Virus record (IMG/VR): IMGVR_UViG_3300033075_001437
Span: 1-64,000 of that record
Strand: one strand, 5' to 3'
DNA length: 64,000 nucleotides
Source: a virus
Lineage: Duplodnaviria; Caudoviricetes
How positions within the stretch are numbered: the stretch's first letter is position 1; each line of letters begins with the position of its first letter. The notes under the pieces are model-generated. The model was given only the letters and a program-made list of their open reading frames with translations. It was not told the origin of the DNA and ran no database searches. Positions 18,250 through 28,397 of the stretch are shown one piece after another. The position numbers and the translations under genes were made by a program.

Positions 18250-20216
18250 TGTTAACGCAACAACAAAAACAAACAATATCATATTGTAAAAAATCTTGCA
18301 TATGGTTTTTATCTAATTTCGTAAAGGTTCGGCATCCAAACGCCGGTATATTGCCATTCAAACCATTCGCATATCAAAAGAAAGCTATAGAAGCGTTCAG
18401 AGAACATAGATTTAATATATTTAAAAAAACACGTCAGTGCGGTATATCTAAAATAAGTGGAGCATTTGCGTTATGGTTCGCAATGTTCAACAGCAATAAA
18501 ACAATATTGATAATATCAAGAACAAATGACGATGCTATGGGTTTCTTAAGAGACAATATTGTCTTTCCATTTAATAACTTACCAGATTGGATGAAAGAAG
18601 TATGGAATCCAGATCCAAGTAATGGCGGAAAACTAAACGAACACGAAGTTGTTTTCCCAAATGGGACAAGAATAAAATCGCTAACTAGCGCGCCAAACGT
18701 TCTACGATCAAACGCTTCATCATTAAACATCATCGACGAAGCCGCGTTCATTAGAGATATGGATATATTGTGGACATCAGGTTGGTCAACATTATCTCAC
18801 GGTGGTAGAGCAATAGTCATCTCGACAACAAATGGTGCTGGTGGTTGGTACTATGATACATGGAATGATGCTATAAATAAATCAGGCGTATTCAATCCAA
18901 TCATAGTAAATTGGTGGGACATGGATTGGAATATCGAATATGTCGATCCATTATCAGGAAATAAAATAAGAATAGCTCCAAGAGATAATATAAGAGAATG
19001 CAAAACACAAGAAGAAATAGAAAAGTATGGACCATACTGGTCACCGTGGTTAGAAAATGAATATAGAGGTCTACAACAGAAAAATGAAACTTGGAAGTTC
19101 AAACAAGAAATTCTAGCTGACTTTATAGGCTCTGGTAACACAGTTATAGAAGCCGGTGCATTAGCTCAAGTTGGTAAAACAGTTACAAACCCGATCAAAA
19201 TAGTGTCTGGTATACAAAATTATGTCCACCCAATGACTGGTGTAGAAGAACAATTAAACTTTTCATTTTCTGGTGAAGAAGAAGGGTTGTGGATATGGAA
19301 TGAGCCAGTAACATTTAAACCTGACAAATTAGTAAATGGCAAAATAGTAGAAAAAGGACGAAATGCACATAGTTATGTAATGGGAGTTGATCTTGCAACA
19401 GGTAAAGGTAGAGATTATAGTGCTATAGAAGTCTTTGATATTGACACGATGGAACAAGTCGCTGAAATGATGGTAAGATGCCTGCCAACTGAGTTTACTA
19501 AATTCATAGACAGAATAGGTAGGTGGTATAATACAGCACTAGCTGTTGTAGAAAGAAACAACGGTGGCGACATAGTTATAGATTTATTGAAACTTGAATA
19601 TTGCTATCCAAGACTATGGCGTAGAAAAGAAGTGAACGATAGGCCATCAGCTGGAAATAACCATAGACAAAAGCCACTAAAGGTAAAAGCGTATGGGTTT
19701 TCTACACAAGGCAACTCTAAACCAACATTAAATAAGTATCTCATGGATTATATAAGATCAGATGATAGCGGATATATTATAAAAAGTGACAGATTATTTA
19801 AGCAATTAAATACATATGTCAGGAAAAGAGATTCATCTGGCAAAGACACTGATAAAACAGAAGCTGAAAGCGGAAATTATGACGACCTTGTTATCAGTAC
19901 AGGGTTGGCTTTCATAGGTTCAAATGATTCATATGTCACAGATGCTGGTAATCTTATACCTGCAGCAAATGGTATGTCATTGTCATTTGAAGGCACTACT
20001 ATCATGTCTAATGATTATATAGTAAAAAACCAAAAAGACTTTATAGAAAAAGGTGGAAATCAACTTATAGCACCAATGTCATCTGATATCGATGATGCAC
20101 CTGAAACAGCTATACAAAGACAATTAGATGCTTATACTTTAGAGTTAGGCGCAATACCTATGGTAAACGGAAGACCTATTATTGTGCCTAATAAATCTTT
20201 TTATGTTAAAAAATAA
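18249..20216 (+). CDS. gp17: Terminase large subunit, gp17-like
   Basis: PFAYQ, KTRQCGIS (Walker A variant), IIDEAAF (Walker B), ISTTNG, GVDLATG nuclease, DDLVI. Confidence 0.95.
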   Translation: MLTQQQKQTISYCKKSCIWFLSNFVKVRHPNAGILPFKPFAYQKKAIEAFREHRFNIFKKTRQCGISKISGAFALWFAMFNSNKTILIISRTNDDAMGFLRDNIVFPFNNLPDWMKEVWNPDPSNGGKLNEHEVVFPNGTRIKSLTSAPNVLRSNASSLNIIDEAAFIRDMDILWTSGWSTLSHGGRAIVISTTNGAGGWYYDTWNDAINKSGVFNPIIVNWWDMDWNIEYVDPLSGNKIRIAPRDNIRECKTQEEIEKYGPYWSPWLENEYRGLQQKNETWKFKQEILADFIGSGNTVIEAGALAQVGKTVTNPIKIVSGIQNYVHPMTGVEEQLNFSFSGEEEGLWIWNEPVTFKPDKLVNGKIVEKGRNAHSYVMGVDLATGKGRDYSAIEVFDIDTMEQVAEMMVRCLPTEFTKFIDRIGRWYNTALAVVERNNGGDIVIDLLKLEYCYPRLWRRKEVNDRPSAGNNHRQKPLKVKAYGFSTQGNSKPTLNKYLMDYIRSDDSGYIIKSDRLFKQLNTYVRKRDSSGKDTDKTEAESGNYDDLVISTGLAFIGSNDSYVTDAGNLIPAANGMSLSFEGTTIMSNDYIVKNQKDFIEKGGNQLIAPMSSDIDDAPETAIQRQLDAYTLELGAIPMVNGRPIIVPNKSFYVKK

Positions 20217-20507
20217 TCAACCGAATTTCTTCTTAAGTCTCTCATATTGTTCTTTTTCTCTCTGTTCAGCTTCTTTTATACGATTAATACGAGTGTTGTA
20301 TTCATTGTCAGTTTCTTCAGATGTATATTCTATATTAACAATAGCACTTACATCACCATAACAATCTCTAACATCGGTATATATTCGTGCTTCTTCGCCG
20401 TAAATTTCGATTTTAGATAATAAAAATTCAGCTGCTTCTCGTAATGTTTTAGATTCTAAGGAATTTGTTATTTCGTAGGCACGCCGTAGTTGCAATTTAT
20501 CTGTCAT
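20217..20507 (-). CDS. Hypothetical protein
   Basis: ETDNEYNTR...EQYERLKKKFG pattern common in small phage proteins. Confidence 0.65.
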   Translation of the reverse strand: MTDKLQLRRAYEITNSLESKTLREAAEFLLSKIEIYGEEARIYTDVRDCYGDVSAIVNIEYTSEETDNEYNTRINRIKEAEQREKEQYERLKKKFG

Positions 20508-21385
20508 TATCCTTCCTTTTTAATATATTCAAAAGTTGATTTAATACCATCAGTAAATTTCGTAAATTGATATCCTTTAAATGTCGATCTAAACTTGTTC
20601 AAATTGCAAACACTATCCTTTATATCAATACTTTTATATTCCTTTATTTCAATATCCGCCTTTATACCTATTACAGAATTGATGATCTCTATAACAGATA
20701 ATAAGCTATGCGAATAACTAGTTCCAACATTAATGACTTCACAATTAAAATCCATTTCTGAAGCTAAAATATTTATATTAGCCACATCATCTACATAAAT
20801 AAAATCTCTAGATTGATTGCCACCATATAATACAAACTTTTTATTATTTATAGCAGAATGAATATATTGATATATAAAACCTTGATTCTGGTGCGGGCCA
20901 TATACATTATAATATCTTAATGACATTGATTTATAACCAATTGTGTGATACAAATAATTCAAATATTGTTCGCAAGAAACTTTAGATATTGCGTATGGTG
21001 ATATACATCTTGATCGAGTGTTTTCATCTCCAATAGCTGTGCCATATACTGCACTCGATGATGAGTAGATCATCTTAGAGCATGGATATGACGAGCACAA
21101 TGTGTTTATAATTTTAAGAGCATCTGATACACACCCGATTGGGTCGTTTACACTATCATTTATAGATGGGTTTGCCGCGCAATGGAATATGTTTCTAATC
21201 GTATCATCAACTTTAAATTCATTATGTCTTAAATCTCCTGATATTAATTTATATTTTAATTTCAATAACCGTGATATTTTAGGATTGTCAAAATTATCAA
21301 TTATTGTTGGTTCAATATCTTTTTCATTTAATTTTTTAACAATAGTTGAACCAATGAAGCCAGCACCACCACTTACGATATTCAT
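20507..21385 (-). CDS. NAD-dependent nucleotide-sugar epimerase/dehydratase
   Basis: GGAGFIG, SSSAVYG, YAISK, RYYNVYGP, RDFIYVDD. Confidence 0.92.
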   Translation of the reverse strand: MNIVSGGAGFIGSTIVKKLNEKDIEPTIIDNFDNPKISRLLKLKYKLISGDLRHNEFKVDDTIRNIFHCAANPSINDSVNDPIGCVSDALKIINTLCSSYPCSKMIYSSSSAVYGTAIGDENTRSRCISPYAISKVSCEQYLNYLYHTIGYKSMSLRYYNVYGPHQNQGFIYQYIHSAINNKKFVLYGGNQSRDFIYVDDVANINILASEMDFNCEVINVGTSYSHSLLSVIEIINSVIGIKADIEIKEYKSIDIKDSVCNLNKFRSTFKGYQFTKFTDGIKSTFEYIKKEG

Positions 21386-21487
21386 GATTTATCTCGAAAA
21401 AAGAAGATCTATAAGCAATTCAATATGTACTTTAAATCGTTTTTAAAAGCTTTAAGTGTTTATTTTTCATACTTTTCAAGATATAAA

Positions 21488-21513
21488 AAGAAACCCCCAA
21501 TAGGGGGTTTCTT
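21488..21513 (-). terminator. Intrinsic terminator after the Cys-His repeat gene
   Basis: AAGAAACCCCC/4-nt loop/GGGGGTTTCTT followed by T-run on minus strand. Confidence 0.85.
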
Positions 21514-21546
21514 AACTGACTATAATTGTATTCAAAATAGAACCAA

Positions 21547-21855
21547 TTAATTATGGCACTTAGCTTCGCTATGACAACTAACTTCGCTATGGCACTTTGA
21601 TTTCTTGCTATGGCACTTTGATTTCTTAGCTTCACTATGGCAACTAGCTTCACTATGGCAACTAGCTTCACTATGGCAGCTTGTTTCACTGTGGCATGAC
21701 CGGCGTTCCTTAACGTTGCGATGAACAGCCACTACAGCCCGAACAGGTGCTGTTACAACAGCAACTACAGGGCCAGCTTCTGCTTCACCAACAAAAACAA
21801 CACCAGACAAACAAACTACGAAAGCCATCGCAAAAACGAACCACAAATTCTTCAT
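21547..21855 (-). CDS. Secreted peptide with eight Cys-His repeats (102 aa)
   Basis: AAGGAGA RBS, Sec signal ending AEA, then SCHSETSCHSEASCHSEASCHSEAKKSKCHSKKSKCHSEVSCHSEAKCHN; own terminator. Confidence 0.85.
   Translation of the reverse strand: MKNLWFVFAMAFVVCLSGVVFVGEAEAGPVVAVVTAPVRAVVAVHRNVKERRSCHSETSCHSEASCHSEASCHSEAKKSKCHSKKSKCHSEVSCHSEAKCHN
21553..21699. repeat. Coding tandem repeats (18-nt and 21-nt units)
   Basis: ACTAGCTTCACTATGGCA-like units and TATGGCACTTTGATTTCTT twice. Confidence 0.9.
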
Positions 21856-21979
21856 AACAATCTCCTTTGAACACGAACAAAACAAACAATCAAGATGCTA
21901 AAAATTTAAATACTTAACGGCAATGTTTAACAAGGCATAAATTACTTATCCTTTGTTCTATCCAAAATATGCTTGGTGG

Positions 21980-24900
21980 TCAAGAACTAACAACGCAAGT
22001 ATCACCATCACAAAATTTTACACCAGTAGAATCTTCATAAAGATATCTTGTAAAATCAATTTCCTTAATATTAGAATTATAATCAGCGATCTCTTGAGCA
22101 GTTGCAGCTTCATAAGGAGGTTGAGCATAACCGTGATTCTCAAGAGGCAAAAAGCTGACGCCCTTAAGCTCATCATCAAAAGAATCTAAAACAACAGGTA
22201 TTAAATGCTCTTCGTCTTTACTAAATTGAATAGTGCAACTGACTTGATTGTCAGCATAATAAAATTGCAAATCACGCAAATTTTTCATTTGCGTGAAGAT
22301 AGAAACCTCACCAACAGTTGGAATATCTGGTTCAGATATTCCAAACTTAACAATCGATGTTCTATGATCATTTATAGATGGTTCAACATGATAACCAGCA
22401 TCCCTTAAGATATCACACAAAACACTATCAGCGGCAATTCTAACTCTTCTCCAATACGTTCTAGAAGGAGCTATAGTATAATGGATACCAGCTGTACAAC
22501 CAGCTACAAGTGAAACACTACCTGATGGTTTAATGCTTGTTACTTTAATCGACTTTGGACAACATAGCCATCTAGAATAGGTATTATCCCATTCTTTTAC
22601 AACTTTATAACCTTTATCACAGAATTCGTTAAGAAACTTACGGCGGCCAAATTTCTTAAATGCTTGAACAATCCCGCTTTGAGACAACCCGATTCGTTTA
22701 TTACGCATCAAGACAGAATTTGTTTTCTTACAATGCGTCGGCATCAACGTAACAGTTTTCGCATAAAGATAAGCGAATTTCAAAGTTCTGTGGTAATCTT
22801 CGGCATTTTCATGATTACTTGGAAACGTTTCTACCAATGTGCACTGGTATGTTAAAACATTTCCGAAAACACCCATATGATTCTTTGGTTCATCAAAACA
22901 AAACGTGTCATGAGTGTTCGGTAATTCTATAACAGAAAGTATCTTCTGCTTCTTAGCCATATCGATAAACACACTTTTGTGTCTAGGATTCCTCCTCAGT
23001 CTATTACCAAATTTCGCAGCTTTCTTGAATCTAGTAGGTATCGCTTCAGCTTCATAGCTTGGAATGTACAATCTCCAACAATCGCGTTTTCTTATGCCTT
23101 TATTGGTAACTTGCCCAGCTTGGTGCATTAGTGCTATATGTGTGTGATTAATACCAGCACGACGAAGCAATAACTGCATATCACGCAATTTAGTTTCTAA
23201 ACCATAAATAACATAATTGTCAGTATTTTTTTGTCTAATAACACTACCATCAGATTCTATCCAACCAGCCGTAAATGCCAAAATACTTTCTTTATCAAAT
23301 TCTCGTACAAATTCTGGCAAACCTTGGTCTTTGTTACGTAAATCATGCAATTGCTTGATAGTTAAACAATCTTGCATATTTATTCGATTATACGGATCAG
23401 TGTAACCTTCCTTAATTTGAGGTTTATACCACCGGCCACGCAATCCAAGTTCTTGTAATTTAGCTTTAGGGCCACATGCACAAGCCATAGCATGTGCAGA
23501 TTCTTCAGAAGCCTCTGAAGCATAGCCATCGCCAATACAATAACCCATTTCAAAAGCAAAATCGTCACGTTTTCCGCCAACTTCAGACAGCACAAATGGA
23601 ATAACTTTAGCACCAATCGGAAGTTGTTGAGTCTCAAGCCTTCTAAAAACCCTTTTGCCTATCGGTTTGACAGACCAACCATGATTACTAGTAGTGTCAA
23701 GATATGACCCATCAGAAAGCTCAACTCTATATAATTTTCTGCCACTACCAGTTTTTCTAGGTGTGACAACAGACCACTCATCGCCATTCCAAATCTCGAC
23801 ATTTTGACCAACTAACTCAGATATTGGATACACGCCGTTTTTAGTCTGAATCATCGTTGAACCACTAACACACAATTCATGGCTCTCTAATGTCTGTTCA
23901 TTACATGGATTAGCACCCATGGCAAGATGATCAATACCTTCTTGTCTGCCATCGATCATTCTGCCATAATTTCTGATATTATCTAGCCACAAAAACCCAG
24001 GTTCACCATTGACAGCTATCTGCTTAGAAACCTTTTCATAATCCATTCCGACAGTCGCAAATATCGAGTTATTGCTAGCCCATCTTCGATCATTCAAAGC
24101 ATTCCAAGTTTCCATAGCTTTAACAAATTCAGACCCGGTATTATCGGCAAGATCACCAATATTCATACTGTATCTGTTTTCACTATATAATTTATTTGTT
24201 ATATTATTAAAGACCTCTTTTTGTTCGTCATTTAAACCATCAGTCGGGTTTTTCATGCTGCAATACTCATGGTCGTCTGGCTCGCCGAACATTATTTGCG
24301 CCGTGTTGTGTGTCAACAACCCTTGTGCCACAAATTCACTTCTATCAGGTACAGATATATCATATGTCTGAGCCGTTATACCTTCGTCGACAACATCTAT
24401 TACTTCTATTGGCACAAGATTAGTTTTAACACCGCATAATAATGCTCTATTATGTGTCATTTGATCAGATTGTGGTGTCCATGAATTGCCATAATTGACT
24501 TTGCCACGAACCCATTCATTTGGATATCCAAAATCATTACTGCTAGTATGCGATAAAACTGGCATGTCTTTGCTTAAATATGGTTTTATCAATTCATTGA
24601 ACTTTTTGATAGCAAAATCACCGACCAACGATAGGTCCCATTTTGCTTGGCTATTACCATCGGCTTTTGACCTAAGCTTCCATTTAGTTGGAATACCAAG
24701 GCTTGAATAAACAGCCTGAATTTGTCTAACAAAATCGTAGTATACACTAGAAACCAATGTTACAGGACGGTTCTTCGTTGATCCATCAGAATCAATTAAT
24801 CCAGCAAGATACGCACATCTAACATCTACTTTAGCTAATCTTATACATTCATGAACATGAAGTGATTTTTTAGCTTGTTTAAAATTTTTATAAAAGTATA

Positions 24901-27451
24901 AAGCCAAATTTTTAGATATAACTCGACGTCTTACACAATTATCTTGCGATGGTTGATCATTAATTGAAAATGATCCGAATAAACTAAAACTATAATCAAT
25001 TCTTGACAGTAATCTATCATAGTATTCATCACGATTTATAGGTATAGTAACTGAAGCACCGTGATGTCTCTTATTTTTATATAAGCGACCAGGATAAACG
25101 TATCCATCGCCATGTAACATGCCTATAAACCATGCTACGTCTGGTGTTAGACCGGGAACAACCAATTCTTTACCACGACTATTCACATTATATGATGGTA
25201 AAACAGTGTCAACACCAGGTATAACCTCGTCAACAAACACCAATTTATCGCCAGCAGATAATTCGTATGCACATTTCCAATCATATGTTCCTATATCATT
25301 TAATACAGCCATCTTATGCCTAGCAGTGCAACGGAAATCGCCCATCTGCGATTTGATAGTTATAACGCTCTGTACACCTTGATAAACATTCTCAGCAACA
25401 GGATGGTATCCGTCTGAAGTTAAAACAAGGTCGCCTACCTGAACCTGCTCGATAGGCGTTAAACCGCGCTTTAAATGCACCAAAGTTCCTTTTGGTAAAC
25501 ATCGCCTTACGTTTCCAGCTACAACACACTTACCTATCATATTCATTAAATCGCCAATATCAACACTAGTCAATGTCGGATTATCTCTATATGATATAAC
25601 ATCCAACAATTTCCTCATATCTTCATGTAATATTCTTAGAATATCTGGACCAGACGCTTTGCCACCAAATCCTTTTATTTGTGATCCAGCTTGTCTAATT
25701 TGTGAATAATCATACACGACAACGCTTCTAGAAGAGTCAGATGTATATGATTTAATCAATAATTTTATTGATTCTACCCAACCTTCTCTAGTGTCTGGTA
25801 TTTGATAATAGTATTTCTTATCGTTTGGTCTGGTAATTTTTAATTTGCCAGCGCCGCGTGTGTCAAACCCTATTCCGACGCCAAGCATGCTCATGTCCGT
25901 CATGAATGCAAATGGTTCAGATGGGTCTTTATCAATATCTATAGTGGATATATACCCACAATTTCCAGTCAATATATTACCAGCAAGAGTAAAACAATTG
26001 TAATCAGGAACTTGTGGACAATATACTTCATCATATTCGCCAGTAGCTTCTACAGATTCGACATACCAATAATTGTACATTGGTATTTTGTCTTTAACTT
26101 TATTACTAGCTATAGATATAAACCTTTCTTTATGTGCAGAAAGCAAAAAGAAATCGCTCCTTAAATGATCTGCGAATAATGTAATATGATGCCCAACAAA
26201 CTTTTTAACCGAACCATCACGATATCTTACAGTTTGTAAACCGCTAACAATATCATGACAACCTATACCCAAAATAGCACAAACAGACTGTACATGTTTT
26301 AAATTATCAATGTTCGCGCTACTGATTTGAACAGCGCCTTTTTTACTAATCTTGCCATCTGCAGCAAAATACCCAGCCAGCCAACCATATAAGTATGTTG
26401 AAGCCTCAGAGATATCTGGCAAGCTTCTATAATATCTAGGCAGATCAGCAACACGTTTAGCACCTTCTGAACCTCGCTCCGGTGCATCTGTTATATGAAA
26501 CTCGCTTGAAAAATATTTCAGTAATTCTTTATCTTTATTTCCGCATAAATAGAGATAAGTCCCATGTGCCGGATTTGGAGATCCGGTAGTGCCATCCCCA
26601 TTGCATATACCATGCATTATGCCTATAATGCTTGGGCGTAACATAGGATTATTTATACCAGCACCAAAATTGGCACACAATCTCATACCTTTTTTGAGAT
26701 TTATTGTATCGCAATCTCTTGTTTTATAACCTTCAATGTTATGTAAACCATCAATATTATTATCATTATACATCACAGATGAAACCGCTAAATTCCTAAC
26801 TTTCGATTTCACAAGCCATCTATGATTTTCAGTTGTCAATATGGTTTTGCGATGTCTACCTCTAGAGACAACTAATTTCCATATTTCTTGTTTGCCAAAT
26901 GATTTAATTTTTGAATCAACCCATTTACCATTTCTTGTCAAGAGCCTTTGTGTTGTGTTGACAGTATCGCCAATTTTTTTGATACCATCTCTTGTTATTA
27001 TTTCTGTGTCTTTATGAAAGCAATTATTCAATGAGGCCCCGCCTCGTTCCCACATAAATTCAGTACCCATGGCCCATAAGCCACGACCAGGAGGGAGGAA
27101 TTTAAACTCCCACATTCTTTGGAACATTTCCTGTGCTGATTTTTGGGCTTTATCTTCTGTCCATGTGATATGCAGTTTATTACAATGTCTTCTTTGAATT
27201 TCGAATGTGCCTTCAACAACACGTGTGAATGTATCTAATGCAGATTCTTTTTCACCATTTTTCTTAATTCTTGAATATGTTCTATAAAAGACAAGCTCGC
27301 CTAAACCATTAAAACCAAATTTTGGTTTTTTGCCTTTGAATTTGTCTAAAAATTCTTTGTCTAATCTAAAGTATTCATTATCTTCTGTTTGTTCCAATCC
27401 AAATGCGCAATTAAATGTTTCTTTCATGGTGGTTTTAGACATAGTAGACAA
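21980..27451 (-). CDS. nrdJ: Class II (adenosylcobalamin) ribonucleotide reductase with three inteins; about 727 aa spliced
   Basis: FYRTYSR, FLPPGRGLW, GVGIGFD, GNVRR, NPCNE active site, IKPSGSVS, C-terminal CDGDTC. Confidence 0.95.
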   Translation of the reverse strand: MSTMSKTTMKETFNCAFGLEQTEDNEYFRLDKEFLDKFKGKKPKFGFNGLGELVFYRTYSRIKKNGEKESALDTFTRVVEGTFEIQRRHCNKLHITWTEDKAQKSAQEMFQRMWEFKFLPPGRGLWAMGTEFMWERGGASLNNCFHKDTEIITRDGIKKIGDTVNTTQRLLTRNGKWVDSKIKSFGKQEIWKLVVSRGRHRKTILTTENHRWLVKSKVRNLAVSSVMYNDNNIDGLHNIEGYKTRDCDTINLKKGMRLCANFGAGINNPMLRPSIIGIMHGICNGDGTTGSPNPAHGTYLYLCGNKDKELLKYFSSEFHITDAPERGSEGAKRVADLPRYYRSLPDISEASTYLYGWLAGYFAADGKISKKGAVQISSANIDNLKHVQSVCAILGIGCHDIVSGLQTVRYRDGSVKKFVGHHITLFADHLRSDFFLLSAHKERFISIASNKVKDKIPMYNYWYVESVEATGEYDEVYCPQVPDYNCFTLAGNILTGNCGYISTIDIDKDPSEPFAFMTDMSMLGVGIGFDTRGAGKLKITRPNDKKYYYQIPDTREGWVESIKLLIKSYTSDSSRSVVVYDYSQIRQAGSQIKGFGGKASGPDILRILHEDMRKLLDVISYRDNPTLTSVDIGDLMNMIGKCVVAGNVRRCLPKGTLVHLKRGLTPIEQVQVGDLVLTSDGYHPVAENVYQGVQSVITIKSQMGDFRCTARHKMAVLNDIGTYDWKCAYELSAGDKLVFVDEVIPGVDTVLPSYNVNSRGKELVVPGLTPDVAWFIGMLHGDGYVYPGRLYKNKRHHGASVTIPINRDEYYDRLLSRIDYSFSLFGSFSINDQPSQDNCVRRRVISKNLALYFYKNFKQAKKSLHVHECIRLAKVDVRCAYLAGLIDSDGSTKNRPVTLVSSVYYDFVRQIQAVYSSLGIPTKWKLRSKADGNSQAKWDLSLVGDFAIKKFNELIKPYLSKDMPVLSHTSSNDFGYPNEWVRGKVNYGNSWTPQSDQMTHNRALLCGVKTNLVPIEVIDVVDEGITAQTYDISVPDRSEFVAQGLLTHNTAQIMFGEPDDHEYCSMKNPTDGLNDEQKEVFNNITNKLYSENRYSMNIGDLADNTGSEFVKAMETWNALNDRRWASNNSIFATVGMDYEKVSKQIAVNGEPGFLWLDNIRNYGRMIDGRQEGIDHLAMGANPCNEQTLESHELCVSGSTMIQTKNGVYPISELVGQNVEIWNGDEWSVVTPRKTGSGRKLYRVELSDGSYLDTTSNHGWSVKPIGKRVFRRLETQQLPIGAKVIPFVLSEVGGKRDDFAFEMGYCIGDGYASEASEESAHAMACACGPKAKLQELGLRGRWYKPQIKEGYTDPYNRINMQDCLTIKQLHDLRNKDQGLPEFVREFDKESILAFTAGWIESDGSVIRQKNTDNYVIYGLETKLRDMQLLLRRAGINHTHIALMHQAGQVTNKGIRKRDCWRLYIPSYEAEAIPTRFKKAAKFGNRLRRNPRHKSVFIDMAKKQKILSVIELPNTHDTFCFDEPKNHMGVFGNVLTYQCTLVETFPSNHENAEDYHRTLKFAYLYAKTVTLMPTHCKKTNSVLMRNKRIGLSQSGIVQAFKKFGRRKFLNEFCDKGYKVVKEWDNTYSRWLCCPKSIKVTSIKPSGSVSLVAGCTAGIHYTIAPSRTYWRRVRIAADSVLCDILRDAGYHVEPSINDHRTSIVKFGISEPDIPTVGEVSIFTQMKNLRDLQFYYADNQVSCTIQFSKDEEHLIPVVLDSFDDELKGVSFLPLENHGYAQPPYEAATAQEIADYNSNIKEIDFTRYLYEDSTGVKFCDGDTCVVSS
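22844..23872 (-). mobile_element. Intein 3 of RNR (343 aa, LAGLIDADG, ends in Gln)
   Basis: SHEL/CVSGST ... TTSNHGW ... MGYCIGDG, AGWIESDG ... VLTYQ/CTLVE. Confidence 0.9.
24305..25501 (-). mobile_element. Intein 2 of RNR (399 aa, LAGLIDADG)
   Basis: GNVRR/CLPKGT ... CTARHKM ... IGMLHGDG, LAGLIDSDG ... LTHN/TAQI. Confidence 0.93.
25961..27022 (-). mobile_element. Intein 1 of RNR (354 aa, LAGLIDADG)
   Basis: SLNN/CFHKDT ... TTENHRW ... HGICNGDG, LAGYFAADG ... ILTGN/CGYI. Confidence 0.92.
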
Positions 27452-27484
27452 ATTCGAACTCCAAAAAAAGTGTCAATTGGTGGT

Positions 27485-28114
27485 TTATTGAATTAAGATG
27501 GCGCAATCTTCGCCTAATATTTCTTTGCTTCTTGCAGCATTATTTTTCTCAGCCATGAATTCACTTCTTATTTTATATAATGTCATTAGATCCGGCAATA
27601 AGTCTTTACCATTTTTGACTTGATTGATAGCTCGGCAACAAGATTTAGATAAAGCTAAGTACAAAGGCGGAATTTTGTTAGCTTGATACCACAAAACAAT
27701 GTTCGGAAATTTATTATTTGAACTATTAGATAAAAGAATTGACAACAATTTATCATTACCAAGTCTATTATCTAACCAACATTTAGTATGTTTTAAAACA
27801 GACGTGCTTTGTTCTGCGCTTTTCTGCATTTTCTGCAATTTATCATAACAGATTTCTAATATATTGGTTTGCAATAAAACTGACAACCCTTTACATAATA
27901 AATTAGCATCTTTAACATATTGCACAACAAGTTCTATATATTTATTAGCAGCATCTTTACTAAATTTCCATTTATTCATCTTTTCTGTTATAGATACAAT
28001 ATATCGCCATTGATATGTTTTTGTATAATCTGTGTTTGAAGGAAACTTTAATTTTACGCCATTTTTGAGGTAATTATCAAAACACATACTGTAAATTTCA
28101 TCTGGTGTAAGCAT
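27485..28114 (-). CDS. Hypothetical protein
   Basis: 209-aa ORF upstream of RNR; no recognised motif. Confidence 0.7.
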   Translation of the reverse strand: MLTPDEIYSMCFDNYLKNGVKLKFPSNTDYTKTYQWRYIVSITEKMNKWKFSKDAANKYIELVVQYVKDANLLCKGLSVLLQTNILEICYDKLQKMQKSAEQSTSVLKHTKCWLDNRLGNDKLLSILLSNSSNNKFPNIVLWYQANKIPPLYLALSKSCCRAINQVKNGKDLLPDLMTLYKIRSEFMAEKNNAARSKEILGEDCAILIQ

Positions 28115-28135
28115 TTTATTCTAATACGAGATCAA

Positions 28136-28390
28136 ATGACACAAGAAACATCAAATTCTGAAACTGTCGAAACTGACGACAAGGTAATCTTTGAAACAAA
28201 ATTTAAAGTTATTATGGATCAATTTGGAGAACTTTGTGAGGAATACAACATAAAAACAGCAGTGACGATTGCAAAACTACATGATATAGAAATACTTTTC
28301 GCAATCGGAAGCGAATTAGAAGTCGGCATGCTTGCTGCTAAACTAGTTAAAAATATAAGAAGAAATATAAACGAAAAACTAGATTGCTAG
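28136..28390 (+). CDS. Hypothetical protein
   Basis: 84-aa ORF. Confidence 0.65.
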   Translation: MTQETSNSETVETDDKVIFETKFKVIMDQFGELCEEYNIKTAVTIAKLHDIEILFAIGSELEVGMLAAKLVKNIRRNINEKLDC

Positions 28391-28397
28391 GTGAAAA

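Noticed and set aside
21432-21689. Alternative-frame ORF with AIVKLV repeats
   Set aside because: Frame shadow of the Cys-His tandem repeats; no RBS and runs through the terminator
21553-21699. Possible CRISPR mini-array
   Set aside because: Units are contiguous in-frame coding repeats with no unique spacers; no cas genes in window
27485-28114. Possible gp59-like helicase loader
   Set aside because: Size and helical character fit but no motif could be confirmed by eye
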